A stretch of 62,843 nucleotides of DNA, counting the filler, from Sphacelaria rigidula (taxonomy: Eukaryota), in assembly GCA_964200075.2 (NCBI GenBank). It is 5 parts of 5 records of this genome, joined end to end, with 100 filler letters (N's around TTAATTAATTAA, not from the genome) between each part and the next. Parts side by side here need not be neighbours in the genome. Positions count along the whole stretch, not along the records: positions 1 to 12,491 come from CAXNAA020003705.1; 4 more parts are not named here. The stretch is one strand, 5' to 3'. This document shows positions 1-12,591 of the stretch, in pieces. Position 1 is the first letter of the stretch. Each line of letters starts with the position of its first letter. Below the pieces are notes generated by a model. It ran no database searches and was not told the DNA's origin. It was given only the letters and a program-made list of their open reading frames with translations. A program made the translations under genes and the position numbers.

Positions 1-830
1 CCGCTACTACTGTTCTCTGTCACACACATGCCAGCAAGGGCGGTGGTGCGGCCATAAGAAGTAGATTCAATTTGAACTTTGGGGTGTTCTTCATCATTGA
101 GTTTACCCATATCTGATCCTCTGGGCGCCCGACGAGAAGAGCAGAGTGCCACACGCCAGTTCAGGGGGGTGTATGAGAGATCGAACACTTTTAGAGATCT
201 TTTTGATATGCGGAGGGAAAAAAATACCTATGGTGGTGACCTAAGTGTTGCTATTGTGGCGCATAGGAGCCCGTCCATGCTGCAATCTGGAGCACACCCT
301 GGTCGCGTGAACATCTCGGTACAGTACGAGTAGCTTTCCAGAAATATTCCGATGTGAGGAGATTATGCACTACAAGCTGGGACGAGAGTACTCTACGGTC
401 AACCACTTGTCGTTGCATGTGAGACCCACGCCATCAACCGCCGACAGCAAAGGTCTTGTGGCTTTCACGCAACGCTGTCGGTAGTACGGCAGGCAAACCA
501 GATCATAGCTAGCTTTCGTTGCTAGCGTACTCACTCCCGACCAAAGTTCGCAACAGGTATGAAAGCTAAACAGTTGATTTTTCTCAATTACATCCACCCA
601 ATTTAAACGACTCTCAAGACCTGAGGAAGGACGGCTTTCCTGTCCCCCCCGCTAGGTATTGATGAAGGACAGTAGGGTTTTTACACGCGCATAAAACACT
701 AATGGGGGTACGGAGAGTTTCTTCTCCACGAAAATACGTGTTTTCCAACCTGCAAAGCGTTTCATTTGTCGCTTTCTCTTCCGTTCTTCACGGACGTCCT
801 AATGCCAATCCCAGAAAATCCAAAGAGATA

Positions 831-882
831 ACCAACTAGACTACTGAACAGTCAGCGCTGACTGGTCAGTAGTCTAGTTGGT
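831..882. repeat. 52-bp near-perfect palindrome
   Basis: ACCAACTAGACTACTGAACAGTCAGC|GCTGACTGGTCAGTAGTCTAGTTGGT; arms are reverse complements with one mismatch and no spacer. Confidence 0.9.
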
Positions 883-1835
883 AGTCTCTAAAACCGTCAC
901 AGTGCTCACTTGGAGCACACGGCACTCAAAACCAGTGCCCCTCGGCTGTGTACCACTTTTTCGAAACACGCCCTCAGCGTTTCCCTTGCTGCTCACTACT
1001 TCGACTTTGTTTCATAACCGTACGTTGCCACAACTCCGTTGTGTAACAAGCCTTCGTGCTGCACTACGCAGCCCGATCTTACGGTCTCCATCCCTAGCTT
1101 TGTAGAAGCTTTTGTGCTGCCCTACACCCCATGACCCTTCGGTGCTCATCTAATTGTTTTTCTGGACACTGCCAGTCGTTTCTCAGCTTGTGCCGGGATA
1201 ATGCAGTTGTAGTCTGCCCTTGACGCCGCCACCGGAGCGCGTGTAAGTTGTACTACGTTCAGGTACCAAGCGCTAATACAGCCAATTGGATTTGGGCATT
1301 TTTCGACGCCATGCGTCTGTTCTGTGCGCGATCGCGAGCTCCCGTCGCTAGCTATCACCGCCTCGACTTGATAGTTGTATTAGACCAGACTTCCGACATT
1401 GTAGTTACGTACAGCAATTAGCTTGACTAACAATACTTGAGTTCATCAGGTTCCCAACGAAGGTCCCTCCAGGCGTTATTACGCTTCATTATCCCGTAAT
1501 TCTGGATGCAAGCTTCGGCCGTTGCACCTAGCATTTCTTGGCGTCACGCTCCTTTGATTAGAGTCCGACGACAACTCACTGCTCCCACTTTTGCTAAGCA
1601 CACAAGTTGCGTTCGACTATCATGTCGCACAGAAAGAACGCCAGCGCTTCCCCTCAAATGGGAACCAACCGCTTCGCCGGACACGGAGCCAAACCACTGG
1701 CGGTTCGAAATCTGTTGATATGAGTATCACGTCACCTTCAAGTATTCGCGCACGTACGCGAGCGCTGTTTGATCTTCGGGATCTGAAGACCAATTTTCGA
1801 GTGATGCTCGTTCTTCAGGGCTTAAAGAAAAGACA

Positions 1836-3584
1836 ATGACGCCGCGACATGTTCTCTCTTGTACCGATCCGGACTCAGAAAACAGCACTGTGCCACCGGC
1901 CGAGTCATTGGCTCCTGACGGACATGTCAGTGAACCCATAACGGTGGATTCCGTAGCACCCCCCTCGCTGCGGCCTGTTCTTCTGAATCCCAATGTGGAA
2001 TCCGAACACAGGATTGTGCCCCCCGCCAAGTCGTTGCCCCCAGACACACGTGTCCAGCTTGGCCCTGTAACGGTTGCTTCAACCGTGGCGCCCCGTCGAA
2101 CGACGGTTGGCAACTCTCGAGACGACTCAGTCTCGACGAAGCGTATCGCTTCTGGAGCAAGAGGTTTTGTCACGCGGGTTGCTTCCGTTACGGATCCCAA
2201 TCACACGACTCTCGGCAGTCCAATGCGCTCTGCTTCGCAATCCAATGTCGGACCAGCAGTCGTGGCCATGCGTTCTGCCCTGCAAAATTTGCATCGCCCT
2301 TCATCGGCGTCGGCGCACACGCCAGTCTCAGCTCTAATCGAGGCATTTACGGCTTTTTGGCAGGCCACGCTCCAAGACCAATCGGCTTCTGCTCACGTGC
2401 AATTCAACGATGACTCTGCACCTGCCGCGCCCAAACCCGTACGTTTGGCGCCCCGATCGGCGACACAGCGGTCTCCGTTCGTCTCTCATGAGAAATCTAA
2501 CGAACACGAGCCCAGCCCCTCCTCCACTTCAAACCAAAGTCTTGCTCGCGCTCCTAAACGGCGTCGCACACCGACAGTTGGTCACGACCACGTCACCCGT
2601 GCTGGCAGTTCCAAGAACAATTCCCAGCACAGCTTGAATTCACCGCGAGTTTTCACATGCCCGAAGAATGTTTCACATGCTGACGACATCCAAAATATAT
2701 TTTCGGACATGTCACCGGCTCCCAACTTCTCAATCGAGGGATCCAGCCGTAATTCATCGCACAACCGACGACCCCGCAATGACCGCGATCCCTCGTCCCG
2801 CTCTGATGCTACGACTATTCGCTCCCTCCAACAACGACTAATAGATCTCGAGCGAGAACTGACCAAGTCAAGAATGGGGAACAAGGGAGTTACCACCGTC
2901 GCTATCGCCAAGACCGCTATGGAAAATACAGAAATTACCGCCACTGCTGCTGCCGCCACCACTGCCGCTGCCGCCACCACTACCGCTGCCGCCCCTGCTG
3001 CCATGGCCGCTGCGCTTCCTGCCACGACGACTACAGTCACGACTCCCACGACCGTTGCCGCCCCGTCTGCTGTCGATACAGACGCTGATAGTGGCCCAAC
3101 CACCGGTTCTGTCACGGATACCCCCTTGCCCCCGCCCCCGTCTGTGGAAGATCTCCCTCCGCTCGGCGACGAGCTCTGCCTAACTGGCCTCCTCTTGAGG
3201 CTGTTCAGGAACCGCTCCCGCGCGGAACAGTTAAGGCTCATTGAGGACTGTGCCTCGCAAGCGCCAGCGCTTGCCAAGGACATTATAGAGCAACAACGGG
3301 AGGCTGACGCCGCTGCTGCACGCCTCCTGGCAGAGGAACACGCTGACATGCACAGAGACCTCCAGCGACAGTCTTCACGCGCTCAAGTAACGAATTCCGC
3401 TGCTCAACGCGCCCTGCAGGAGGGTCACATTGCTGCTATGGCGGCCCAGAGACGAGTGCGGGACCTCGAGGACTATGTCCGACGGATCGCCCACGAAATG
3501 TCCACGTCAGTGGCCCGCCTGACCAACCATCAGGCCTCTCCGCCGTCCGCCGGCAACCCACTCAGTGGTTGCCCTTCTCGCTAG
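1836..3584 (+). CDS. 582-aa low-complexity, coiled-coil-like ORF upstream of gag; probably an accessory ORF of gypsy-1
   Basis: Uninterrupted ORF with S/P/A/T-rich tracts and helical segments (IRSLQQRLIDLERELTK; AQRRVRDLEDYVRRIAHEM). No recognisable family. Confidence 0.5.
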   Translation: MTPRHVLSCTDPDSENSTVPPAESLAPDGHVSEPITVDSVAPPSLRPVLLNPNVESEHRIVPPAKSLPPDTRVQLGPVTVASTVAPRRTTVGNSRDDSVSTKRIASGARGFVTRVASVTDPNHTTLGSPMRSASQSNVGPAVVAMRSALQNLHRPSSASAHTPVSALIEAFTAFWQATLQDQSASAHVQFNDDSAPAAPKPVRLAPRSATQRSPFVSHEKSNEHEPSPSSTSNQSLARAPKRRRTPTVGHDHVTRAGSSKNNSQHSLNSPRVFTCPKNVSHADDIQNIFSDMSPAPNFSIEGSSRNSSHNRRPRNDRDPSSRSDATTIRSLQQRLIDLERELTKSRMGNKGVTTVAIAKTAMENTEITATAAAATTAAAATTTAAAPAAMAAALPATTTTVTTPTTVAAPSAVDTDADSGPTTGSVTDTPLPPPPSVEDLPPLGDELCLTGLLLRLFRNRSRAEQLRLIEDCASQAPALAKDIIEQQREADAAAARLLAEEHADMHRDLQRQSSRAQVTNSAAQRALQEGHIAAMAAQRRVRDLEDYVRRIAHEMSTSVARLTNHQASPPSAGNPLSGCPSR

Positions 3585-4295
3585 CCCAAGACCGGTACGT
3601 CGACTTTCATTATTCCACGTAAGTCCGACCAACCGTCGTATGCTCCGGCCGCTGCCGTCCCCAAGACGGCCGCAGCACCCCCGCTTCGTGCAGCTAGCTC
3701 AGCGGCCAATGCCGGCCCGATACCAGGCCTGCAACTCACGCCCCACGAACGAACGTGGCTTTCTCGTTCCGCGGCCGATTTTACCGGCCCGTTCCTCCAG
3801 AGCAATCACCTACGCTCCCGCCAAGCTTGGAAGTTGGTGTCACAAGCCTTCACCACGTTATCGGTCTTTACGTGGACCAGGGGGGCTTCTTCCCCGACGA
3901 CGGCGTACCGTCCCTCACCTTGGGCCAACTTGTGCTGCATATGACTATGACCATCGGCGACAACCCTGATCACCAGTATTACGTCGAAACTGTCACCGAT
4001 CTTTTTGCGGCACTACGTGCCGCTTACCCCTCGGATCTCGGCGCCACCATCGCCGACGATGACAAGGATGACGATGGTTGGACTCCCACGAGTGCCAACT
4101 GCAGAGGCAAGAACAAGAACCGCCGGCGGGATGCCGACGACAAGGGTGGAGGAGGCCCACGCCGCTGCCATGGCGGCGAAGGATTCTCCTCGGGCGGTTC
4201 CGAACCGAACCGCCCGACCCACAATAACCGCGGCCCGACCGGGAAGAAAACAGGCAATTCTTCCGGACCTTCCGCGCCAAGTTGAGACCGGTCTA

Positions 4296-4840
4296 CAGTA
4301 GTGGGCGGTCTAACTATTCATTTTGAGGCATTATGTGATTTCTTCGTAATTGACGATTTTCTCGGGCTCTTTTGCTTGCCACCACTCATCACATTGGGGT
4401 TCTGAAGATATTCGTATCCGCTCCACATCCCAAGAAAAAAAAAGCATCTGCACTCAATATTGAGTGAATTACGGGCTGAGCGGTCATCGGGGATCCTGCG
4501 ACGTTTCAGCCCAGATTGTTACTCTTCGGTGTTTTCGGCCGATCGAGCCTGTCCCGATCATATTTCTAAAAAAATGTACAGTTTTACTTTTTTTCAATTC
4601 TGCCTAATCATGCACTAGAGCCGAAAAACTGTGTTTCACGGTCAATGGCACTATCCTGATGAACGGGGTATTTAGTCGTTTCGCCCGATAACACCAACTA
4701 GCATTGACTTGGGCAGTTTGTTTTGAGGATGATCTGCTTATTGTACCAATATCTACCGACGTTAGCAATTTCGAATTCTATCGAAGAGTTGTACGCGAGA
4801 AAAAACTCAAAACCCCGCTGAATAGTTAGAGTGCCACCTG
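4296..4840. mobile_element. MITE, family A copy 1 (Tc1/mariner-like CAG..CTG termini)
   Basis: Inverted repeat TCTAACTATTCA (4309-4320) / TGAATAGTTAGA (4819-4830). AT-rich body is the reverse-complement homolog of 18264-18796. Confidence 0.8.
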
Positions 4841-4852
4841 CCCCCCTCGGGT

Positions 4853-6406
4853 TTGGTGACGCCCAGGCAAGTGATACCTAAGTTGGCTGATGTTTCGGGT
4901 CGCATTTTGGGTTTATCTGACTCGGACACACCAGACCGTCCGTTGTCTTGTACTGCAGCCCACGCTTTAGCAACCGCTGCGGTCGACAAAGAACGTCCGG
5001 AAGCTATTGAAAAGCAGCTTCTGATAGAGTCGAGTCTGCCCGAGTAGCTGCAATACAGAGACAGTATATCCAGATGGACGTGGAAAAGCTTTGGAATATC
5101 AAAAACATGCCTGCTGCGGATAACGAAGATTCGGGACAGTTTACTTCTGCCCTCATCACATCCATTCGCCGTACAGTTTGCAACATCCTTCACTTGGCGG
5201 ATGCAACTGGCGTCTAACGCTTTGAAGATCCCAATTGGGTAGACGGCTGGCAGACCCCATCGCACGAAGCATTAAACCAATCCATCAGCCGCCGCTCTCC
5301 CGATATCGCTGCTTCTTTAACACAGATCCTCGACGACTTCCTCGCCGAAATGGATCCGGATCGTGCCAAGGGAAAAACAGGCCCGGTGTTGCTCTCTGAT
5401 CTGGAAAGGCGTCTGATGGGTTATTTAGACAAAAAGTGACCCAGCCAGCGCCATCCAGAGGCTGAGTTTTTTTGCTGTCGCATCGGATGTTCCCTTCGGG
5501 GTTTATCTTCGCGAATATAAGCTTTTGGTCTCTGGTACTACGGGTATCGGACGCCAAAACGGACCGAGCGATGCAATGCGTCAGACTTACGTTCGCTATG
5601 GCGTTGCTCAACAGTATCCGGCTACGATGCCGTCGTTGTTTCCGGGTGTCTTGGCGCATCGCGAGGTGCCTCACGCCTCTGTAGATGGTATGTGGTCTGC
5701 TTTTGTACACCAAGAGGGTAATCTAACGCCCGCCATACGTGGCAATCCTTCTACGTCTGTGCGTCCACAACCTACGGTTGTGTCCTCCGCTCATGCCCAA
5801 GGGGCTCGCGGCAGGAATTCGAGCTCATCTCGCGCTTCATGGACCCCCGACTCGGTCGCCGGTTCAGTAATGCATGTTCAAAGTGTCAGAGATGTATTCA
5901 ATGCGAGTTTTGATGGTTGGCTGTTTTCCGAGGAAACTTGGGGTGATGTTAATTTGACTTCAACAACGGCATTCATTACAGATTATCCTCGTTTGTGGAA
6001 CCCACTTCTTTCGTCTCCTGCTCGACGCAATGCCTTCAGCAGTCATGCCAACAGTTGCATCAACTGTAGTGTTCAAGGCCACAGTATGCGTGACTGCGAC
6101 AGTCCATGCATCAATGCCTTTGATATCATGAACCCTGAATTGCAGGACAATGAAGCCGCGTGGCGCCGATGGCAAAAACGCATGCGCGACTATCACCCAC
6201 CAAATCGAAATTATCGTAATAATTCGAATCCACGTGGCAACAAAAGCTCTAATCGCGGTCGCCGACAGAACAGCAATAATGCAAACCCTATGGTCATAAT
6301 TCTCGCGACAACAAACGATCCACTGATAAACACCAGCGGACGGGGCCGACACACAACTCGAACCCCAATACCAGAAACCCTGGTACCTTCACTACGGATC
6401 GCGTAG
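4853..6406 (+). pseudogene. gag: gag of gypsy-1 with CCHC zinc knuckle
   Basis: CX2CX4HX4C motif CINCSVQGHSMRDC at ~6056-6098, followed by an R/N-rich tail; upstream part interrupted by stops. Confidence 0.75.
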
Positions 6407-6497
6407 ACCCATGACTTGCCGACGCCGGCGTTCTTCGGTCTTCCGCGCCGCCGACAGCAGTATCAAAGACTTCCTCAACACAGCCCGCGGAGTCCGT

Positions 6498-6692
6498 GAC
6501 TAAGATTGTTCATCCGGCTCCCTCGGCACTATGCAGGAGCGTAACTGACGGCCATTCAAATCGACCCCCGTCTCCAACCTCCACACACTTTTCAACACAG
6601 CCTGCAAAGCCCGGGACTAAGATTGTCCGCCCGGCTTCCCCGGCACTATGCAGGAGCGCGACTGACGGCTGTTCATATCCACCCCCATCTTC
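6498..6692 (+). repeat. Two diverged ~75-bp direct repeats in the gag-pol spacer
   Basis: GACTAAGATTGT..CCGGCT..CGGCACTATGCAGGAGCG..ACTGACGGC occurs at ~6499 and ~6615. Confidence 0.8.
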
Positions 6693-7083
6693 ACTCCTCC
6701 ACACACCGCGTAACAGTTGTGTCATCCCGCGACTTATATCTACACCCCGCCCTACACTAGGCCCTTCAGTGCCGAACATAAGTCTGAGGTGTGGGAAGAC
6801 CAACCGCCAGTCCCTGAGGCAAAGGCTTCCCTCAGCGACCGCACGCACAGGTAGTAACAAGCCTTCTTCAGCTGACCCAAGTGTTGCTGATTTGAACTTG
6901 ACCACATCGAATCACGTAATTCCCAATCAGTTGGATCGAGCTCCTTCCCTGCGGCTTTCAACACGCACGGACCTACCTTCGGCCGGTTCTAATAACAACC
7001 GCTCCAACATACCTTCGGCTATGACCCAACAGCCAAGCTTGCCTACGTAAAGCAGCCCACAAGTTTCGCTCCGTCATACCCCG

Positions 7084-10000
7084 ATGCTGACCCCATCCAC
7101 CCGACTGGATGCAGTTGTGCTTTCATCCCAAAATGTTTTGGGAGTTCACCGACCTTTGTCACGGCGAAAGAGAAAGCCCCGTAAGCATGCCCCCAAGGAC
7201 GCGCGCGCATCATCACGTGCACCTCTTTCGAGCGGAAATCCTCGACCTCAATCTCTCCAAAATGCGACGACTTTGAGCTCGACGGCTCTATCGAGTATCA
7301 CGGAAGAAAAAAAATCAAATAATTCTGACGGCAATACTTCTTCAATCGACGACTCCAGCCCCGCACAATCTGGATCCCCCTCGGACGGCGATCCCTGTCA
7401 ACCAAAAACGGTAATTCACGAAACCGCTACTGGCCTCTCCGACAGTGCCATACCTGGAAATCATATAACGTCCACCCGCTTCTCTGGTGAGACATGTAAC
7501 CCACCGGCAGATCACCCGCCATGCGTTTTTGCTGTCAGCCCTGCTGATCCTGACCAATTTACCTTGCCGGAACACGGTCCGGATGTTGTCGGCGGTAAAG
7601 TATCTGTAGATCCGGTCACTTTCACTACACACGTTGCTATCCACACTGGTCCAAACGCTATCACGCCTGCGAAATGCGTATCCTTGTTGGACAGCGGCAG
7701 CCCGCAAACATTCATTCGAGAATCAACATGGAGACACATGAAACAGACTGACGCTGCTACTGCAGCTTGCGAAACCACCACCCAACCTCGGGTGTGGGGC
7801 GGTTTCGGTGATGCTGCCGCACCCCTGACGACACGAAAACCCGTATGTCTCAGTGTGCAACTCTTTCACAACATTACTCGTTCTGCCAGCCTGGCAGTCT
7901 GGGCATACATTGTCCCCGACAGCACAATGCACCCCGCCATATTATTGGGCAGAGAAAATTATTTGCCGTTTAATAGACGAACCTACCGCACACTTCCACC
8001 ACTATCGCCACATTCCACGCCTCGTGGAGAATTGAAGCTTGAGCACTTTGGTACTCACCACGACGCCCTGGCCAACGACTAATGCCGAAATAGCCCCCCC
8101 ACAAAACGTGCACCGGCACCATCCAACGAACCGGCTGCGATCCCACTATTGGACTCGTTTGCAGAAATTTCGCCCACATGAGAGGCGTGTAGCAGCCCGA
8201 AATCAGCANNNNNNNNNCCGTGCACGTTTTTGGCCGGTTTGGGGGTGAGGCTATCTTGGCAGCAGTCCTACCAGAAGAATACTCAAGCAACCGGAGTTGC
8301 TTACCACCTACGATACAACGATAGCGTTGGTATTACACTCTCCGGCGATCCTCAACTTCTAGAAGTTGCACTAGTTCGCCGAAATGGCATGCCAGCACTT
8401 ACGGGTCATTATCTTGCCGAAATGTTACCCCGTATTGGCGTACCAGCCGACACAGAACATTTTGTCTCGGCGGGACAACAACTCCTCCCCTTTACGGGTC
8501 ATGCTAACTTGGAACCTGGCGATGTTTTAGGAATCGCCGCTGCTCCCCCGATGCACATCCCACTCGAGACGTGCGTAACAGAGCCTGCTGCGCCAAACGC
8601 CACATCTCCGGCGGAGTCAGTCCATTGTGTCGATGAACCTTATTTCGACCTCCCTTCTGCGACTCCACCCAAAGTCCACACCGCGGATCCTGCCCAGTCG
8701 AATTCCGATCCTTCTGCTGAAGTGGTTCAACGCTTGTCACCAGATTCTCGGCATAGTTTCTTGCAAATGTGGCACCAACTGCCGCTACACATGCGCGACA
8801 TCAATTTTGACTTTCATGGGCCCGGCTGGGAACCGGCAGTCATCCGAGAACTCGGTGATGTTCTGCTACAGTACCAAGACCGATTTTCCCGATACAAGAC
8901 GGACCTTGGGCATTGCAAAACGCTGTCCTTCGAGGTTACCCTCCAACCCGACGTCTCGCCAATCTCTTCTCGGCCATACCGAACAAACCCGACCCTTACC
9001 AAGAAGGTTAACGCCATCTTGGATGCGTATTAGGGAGCGGGATTGATTCAATATTCCTCCCCTCCTTGGGCCTCGCCCCTTGTGGTCGCCCCCCAAAAGG
9101 ATGGAAACATACGCATAACCGTGAATTACCAACGGTTGAACCGCGTCACTGTGGTCGGTAAACTTCCAATTCCCCGCATTAATGAAGTCTTCGACTCCTT
9201 AGGCGAAGGAAAAATATCCAGCACCTTCGACCACGCTTCTGGATTCTTCCAGAATGCTATACACCCTGACACAGTCCCACTGACGGCATTTTGTACCTCG
9301 TCCGGACTCTATGAGTGGCTTCGAATGCCACAAGGCGTCGTTACTGCCCCGGGATGCTTTCAACGCTTAAAGCAACGCGTCACCGAGGGCCTCGAGCACA
9401 TCATCATGTACCTGGATGACGCTGTCGCTTTCGATGCCTCACCTATTGCACATATCCGTACTCTGCGAGAATTTCTCTCTCGCCTACGAACACACGATTC
9501 GAAACTGTCTCCATCCAAAGCTCGCCTGGGTGCGACTGACTTAGATTTCCTGGGGCATTCCATATCGCCAGCAGGCCTGCATCCGGATACAAACAAAGTC
9601 AAGGCGACGACTGACTTGCCGATGCCAACTAACATTTCTCGACTTCGCTCATCGTTGGGCGGACTATCCTACTACCGCAATTTTTTGCCGAATCTATCGA
9701 AACGGATTCGCCCCCTTACTGAGCTACTCAAAAAAGGAGCCGTGTTTTCCTTAACAACCGAAATGGAGAATATCACCCGCAAATCACTCAAGACACTCAC
9801 CGAAAAGCCGGTACTCTGCTTTCCTGATTGGGAGGCAGTACAAGATGGCTCTCGCCTTTCCCAGCTCCACACTGACGCCAGCACAAACGGATTTGGAGGA
9901 GTTTTGAATCAACCTCAGGTTGATGACTCCGTCCGACCCATCCTTTGTATCGGCCGCGGTACCCTGCCCAACGAGGCCAATTGGATCCCGCTAAGACTGG

Positions 10001-12491
10001 AAGGCGGAGTAATCACTTGGGCCATTAACCACCCTCGACAATATTTGTTTCACGTGCCGCCCGCACCACACCGAGTGCCCCACCGCCACCGATAACACCT
10101 GCAGATTCCACGAGCCACCATCACAACTTCCACGGACCAACACGCAACGCTGCGCGAACACTCCTGCAACGTGCACCACGCGCTGCGGACAATCTTCGCC
10201 GCGCACTACTACAGACCCGCCGCCTATTTCGGCGCCTCCAACATCTACCGCCCCCGAGCATGGAGCTGACGCTGTAGCTCCTGCTCCCGTGACAGATATT
10301 GACGTCGGTACTCCTGCCCCGTCGCCCATCCCCCCGCTGCCTACCCCACCATGTTTGGTCGGGTCGCCAGCGGAAAGTCAACTGCACGAGTTTCTCGCCA
10401 GCTACTCTCACCGCGATTGCGCTCGCGAACAAAACGCGGAACCGCTATATCGCGCAGCAATCCGATTCTTACAACTCGACTTCCCTGTCCCTTTTCCATC
10501 CGCCCTTCTGGCCCCGGTTGGCACACCGCCACCACCACTTATTTTTGACGTATACGAGCTCGTGCGTAAAGGCATCCTTTCTACCACGGATGAAGGTGTA
10601 CAACTACTCGTGCGTCGCGCCACGCCCTTGACTGGCGCAATGTCTGCCTCAACCACGGGACGCCACGCACGACTACTCGATGACGAACCAACGCACATAC
10701 ATGTCCCATTACTAATGCGTCCCTGGGTCATGAAAGGCTGCCACACAGACTTGTCATGTCATCTTGGCGTCAACCGCACCCTGGCGCTCTTGGAACGCTT
10801 CTACGGGTGGGTTGGCATGGAAATTTCCACCCGCTTCTGGATTCGGCGATGTTTCAAATTCCAAGCCCGAAAGACTTCACGGCTGGCCCGTCATCTCTAT
10901 GAGACTCCCCAACGAGCCAGGCCACCTTGTGCCCTTTGACTACTTTGGCCCTCTACCGACCACAGGTCGCGGCAACACCTACATCTTACTTTTCACTGAC
11001 CGCTTCAGCCGCCACGCGTCCATGTACGCGGTAACCGCCGCAGATTTCACTGCCGTCGGAACGGTCGACATATTGGTCCACGACTACATTAAGCACTACT
11101 ACGGTTGCCCAAAGCGACTCCTTTTAGACAATGGACAGCAATTTGCTCAGATATCCCTGATGGGCTTTACAAGCTCCTGGGCATCCGCAAAATTGCCACG
11201 AGCGCCTACCACCCAAATGGTAACGGTGGTCCCGAAAGAGTTAATCAAACCGTGGCCCAGACGCTCTCTATGGTTGTCAATGACCGCCAAAATGGCTGGG
11301 ATCTACATCTCTTGCACATCATGTTGTCCTACAACAACTCGGCTAACGCCGCCACAGGCCTTTCCCCGAACGAACTCCATCTTGGCCGTTACCCTCGGCT
11401 GCCCATCACCGTGTTTGAGCGACACACGTTCGATGGCCACCAAGGATTGAATCAGGATCAGATATCCTACCACGAGCTAGCGCATGCGCGACAACGCAAA
11501 GCGTTTAACCTCGTGCGCGAACAACACGCTACCAACGCCTCCCGCCTAGAGAGATCTAACCCTGCTCGCTACAACCTCATGCACAAACGCCCCAACTGGA
11601 AAGTTGGTGATTGGGTTTGGATCTACAACAGGTTTTGGACCACCCGTCAAGGCACCAGCAAGGCAGCCAACAAAACAATTTTGAAGACAAACTTATCCCT
11701 CAATTGGACAGGACCATTCAAGATCCTGACAGTCGGACCATCGTCATCATCACCGGATGATAAACCCGTTGGTGACAAACTGCTCTATCTCGACTTGCCT
11801 CGCGACTTCCAGGGCAAGGACACCAAATCCCGCGTCTCCGTGCACAGATGCAAACCCTGCCCGAACCCACATGATACAAGTGACATGCCCAAGTACCTGC
11901 CTGCCAGACTCACACAGTATGTTCTCAACAGCTGCTCGACCAAGTCCCCGCCCTACCACGTTACAACCGACGACGTGACGGAACAGCCCGTTCAATTGAC
12001 TGTGTCCACCATCTCCGGCCACCAGATACCCCGCGGTCGAGGTGGCACAATCGCTGTCATGTATACGACACACTGGCACGGTCTTCGGAGAGCGTCTTGG
12101 GAACGCCAATCCGACCTTCAGTTGTACCGCGGTGCAACCCTCCTGTACTGGACGCGATCCCAACATCAGTATCTTGCTCACAACAAGACATATTGCAACA
12201 TGCGTCGTGGTGCAGCAGCCCGCGAACTTCACTGCGACCATGGACTACGCTTTGTCGCCGACGGTCACGAACTTGTACCCACCAAGACTTGTAAGACGGA
12301 GTTCTTCGCAAACCAGCGAATACTGCTCAAGGGCAGCTACCTTTGGTTCCAAGACAGCGACAACCTCTGGTGGTCGGGTCAGACCCACTTCGCTCACCTG
12401 GTTTCGGCCGACACATACATCGTGCGCTTCATCGATGACCCTGGACCCATACAGCTCAAGCTCCGGCCAGCACTATACACCACCAGCCCAT
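7084..12491 (+). pseudogene. pol: pol of gypsy-1 (protease, RT, partial RNase H, integrase, chromo-like and Tudor-like tail)
   Basis: ORFs 7084-8082 (DSG), 8230-9033 plus 9043-10095 (PYR, SPLVV, YLDD, TDAS), 10289-10939, 10764-11450 and 11105-12491 (rve, GPF). In-frame stop at 9031-9033 and several frameshifts. Confidence 0.92.
8079..8265. mobile_element. Small TIR element inserted in pol, spanning an N gap
   Basis: Left CTAATGCCGAAATAGCC..AAAACGTGCAC matches the reverse complement of right GTGCACGTTTT..GGCTATCTTGGCAGCAG; Ns at 8209-8217. Confidence 0.6.
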
Positions 12492-12591
12492 NNNNNNNNN
12501 NNNNNNNNNNNNNNNNNNNNNNNNNNNNNNNNNNNTTAATTAATTAANNNNNNNNNNNNNNNNNNNNNNNNNNNNNNNNNNNNNNNNNNNN
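12492..12591. other. Artificial contig linker
   Basis: 100 bp of N with central TTAATTAATTAA (stops in all six frames). Confidence 0.98.

Larger units (their letters stand above)
1836..12491 (+). mobile_element. Decayed Ty3/gypsy LTR retrotransposon (gypsy-1), cut by contig end; LTRs not resolved
   Basis: Domain order gag(CCHC)-PR-RT-RH-IN across broken ORFs: CINCSVQGHSMRDC, LLDSGS, RMPQG/YLDD, TDAS, HTDLSCHLG..C, FTDRFS, WTGPF. Many stops and frameshifts. Confidence 0.93.

Noticed and set aside
2582-3349. 255-aa antisense ORF (also 44850-45629 and 46086-46853)
   Set aside because: Shadow frames opposite longer ORFs, with no motifs of their own.
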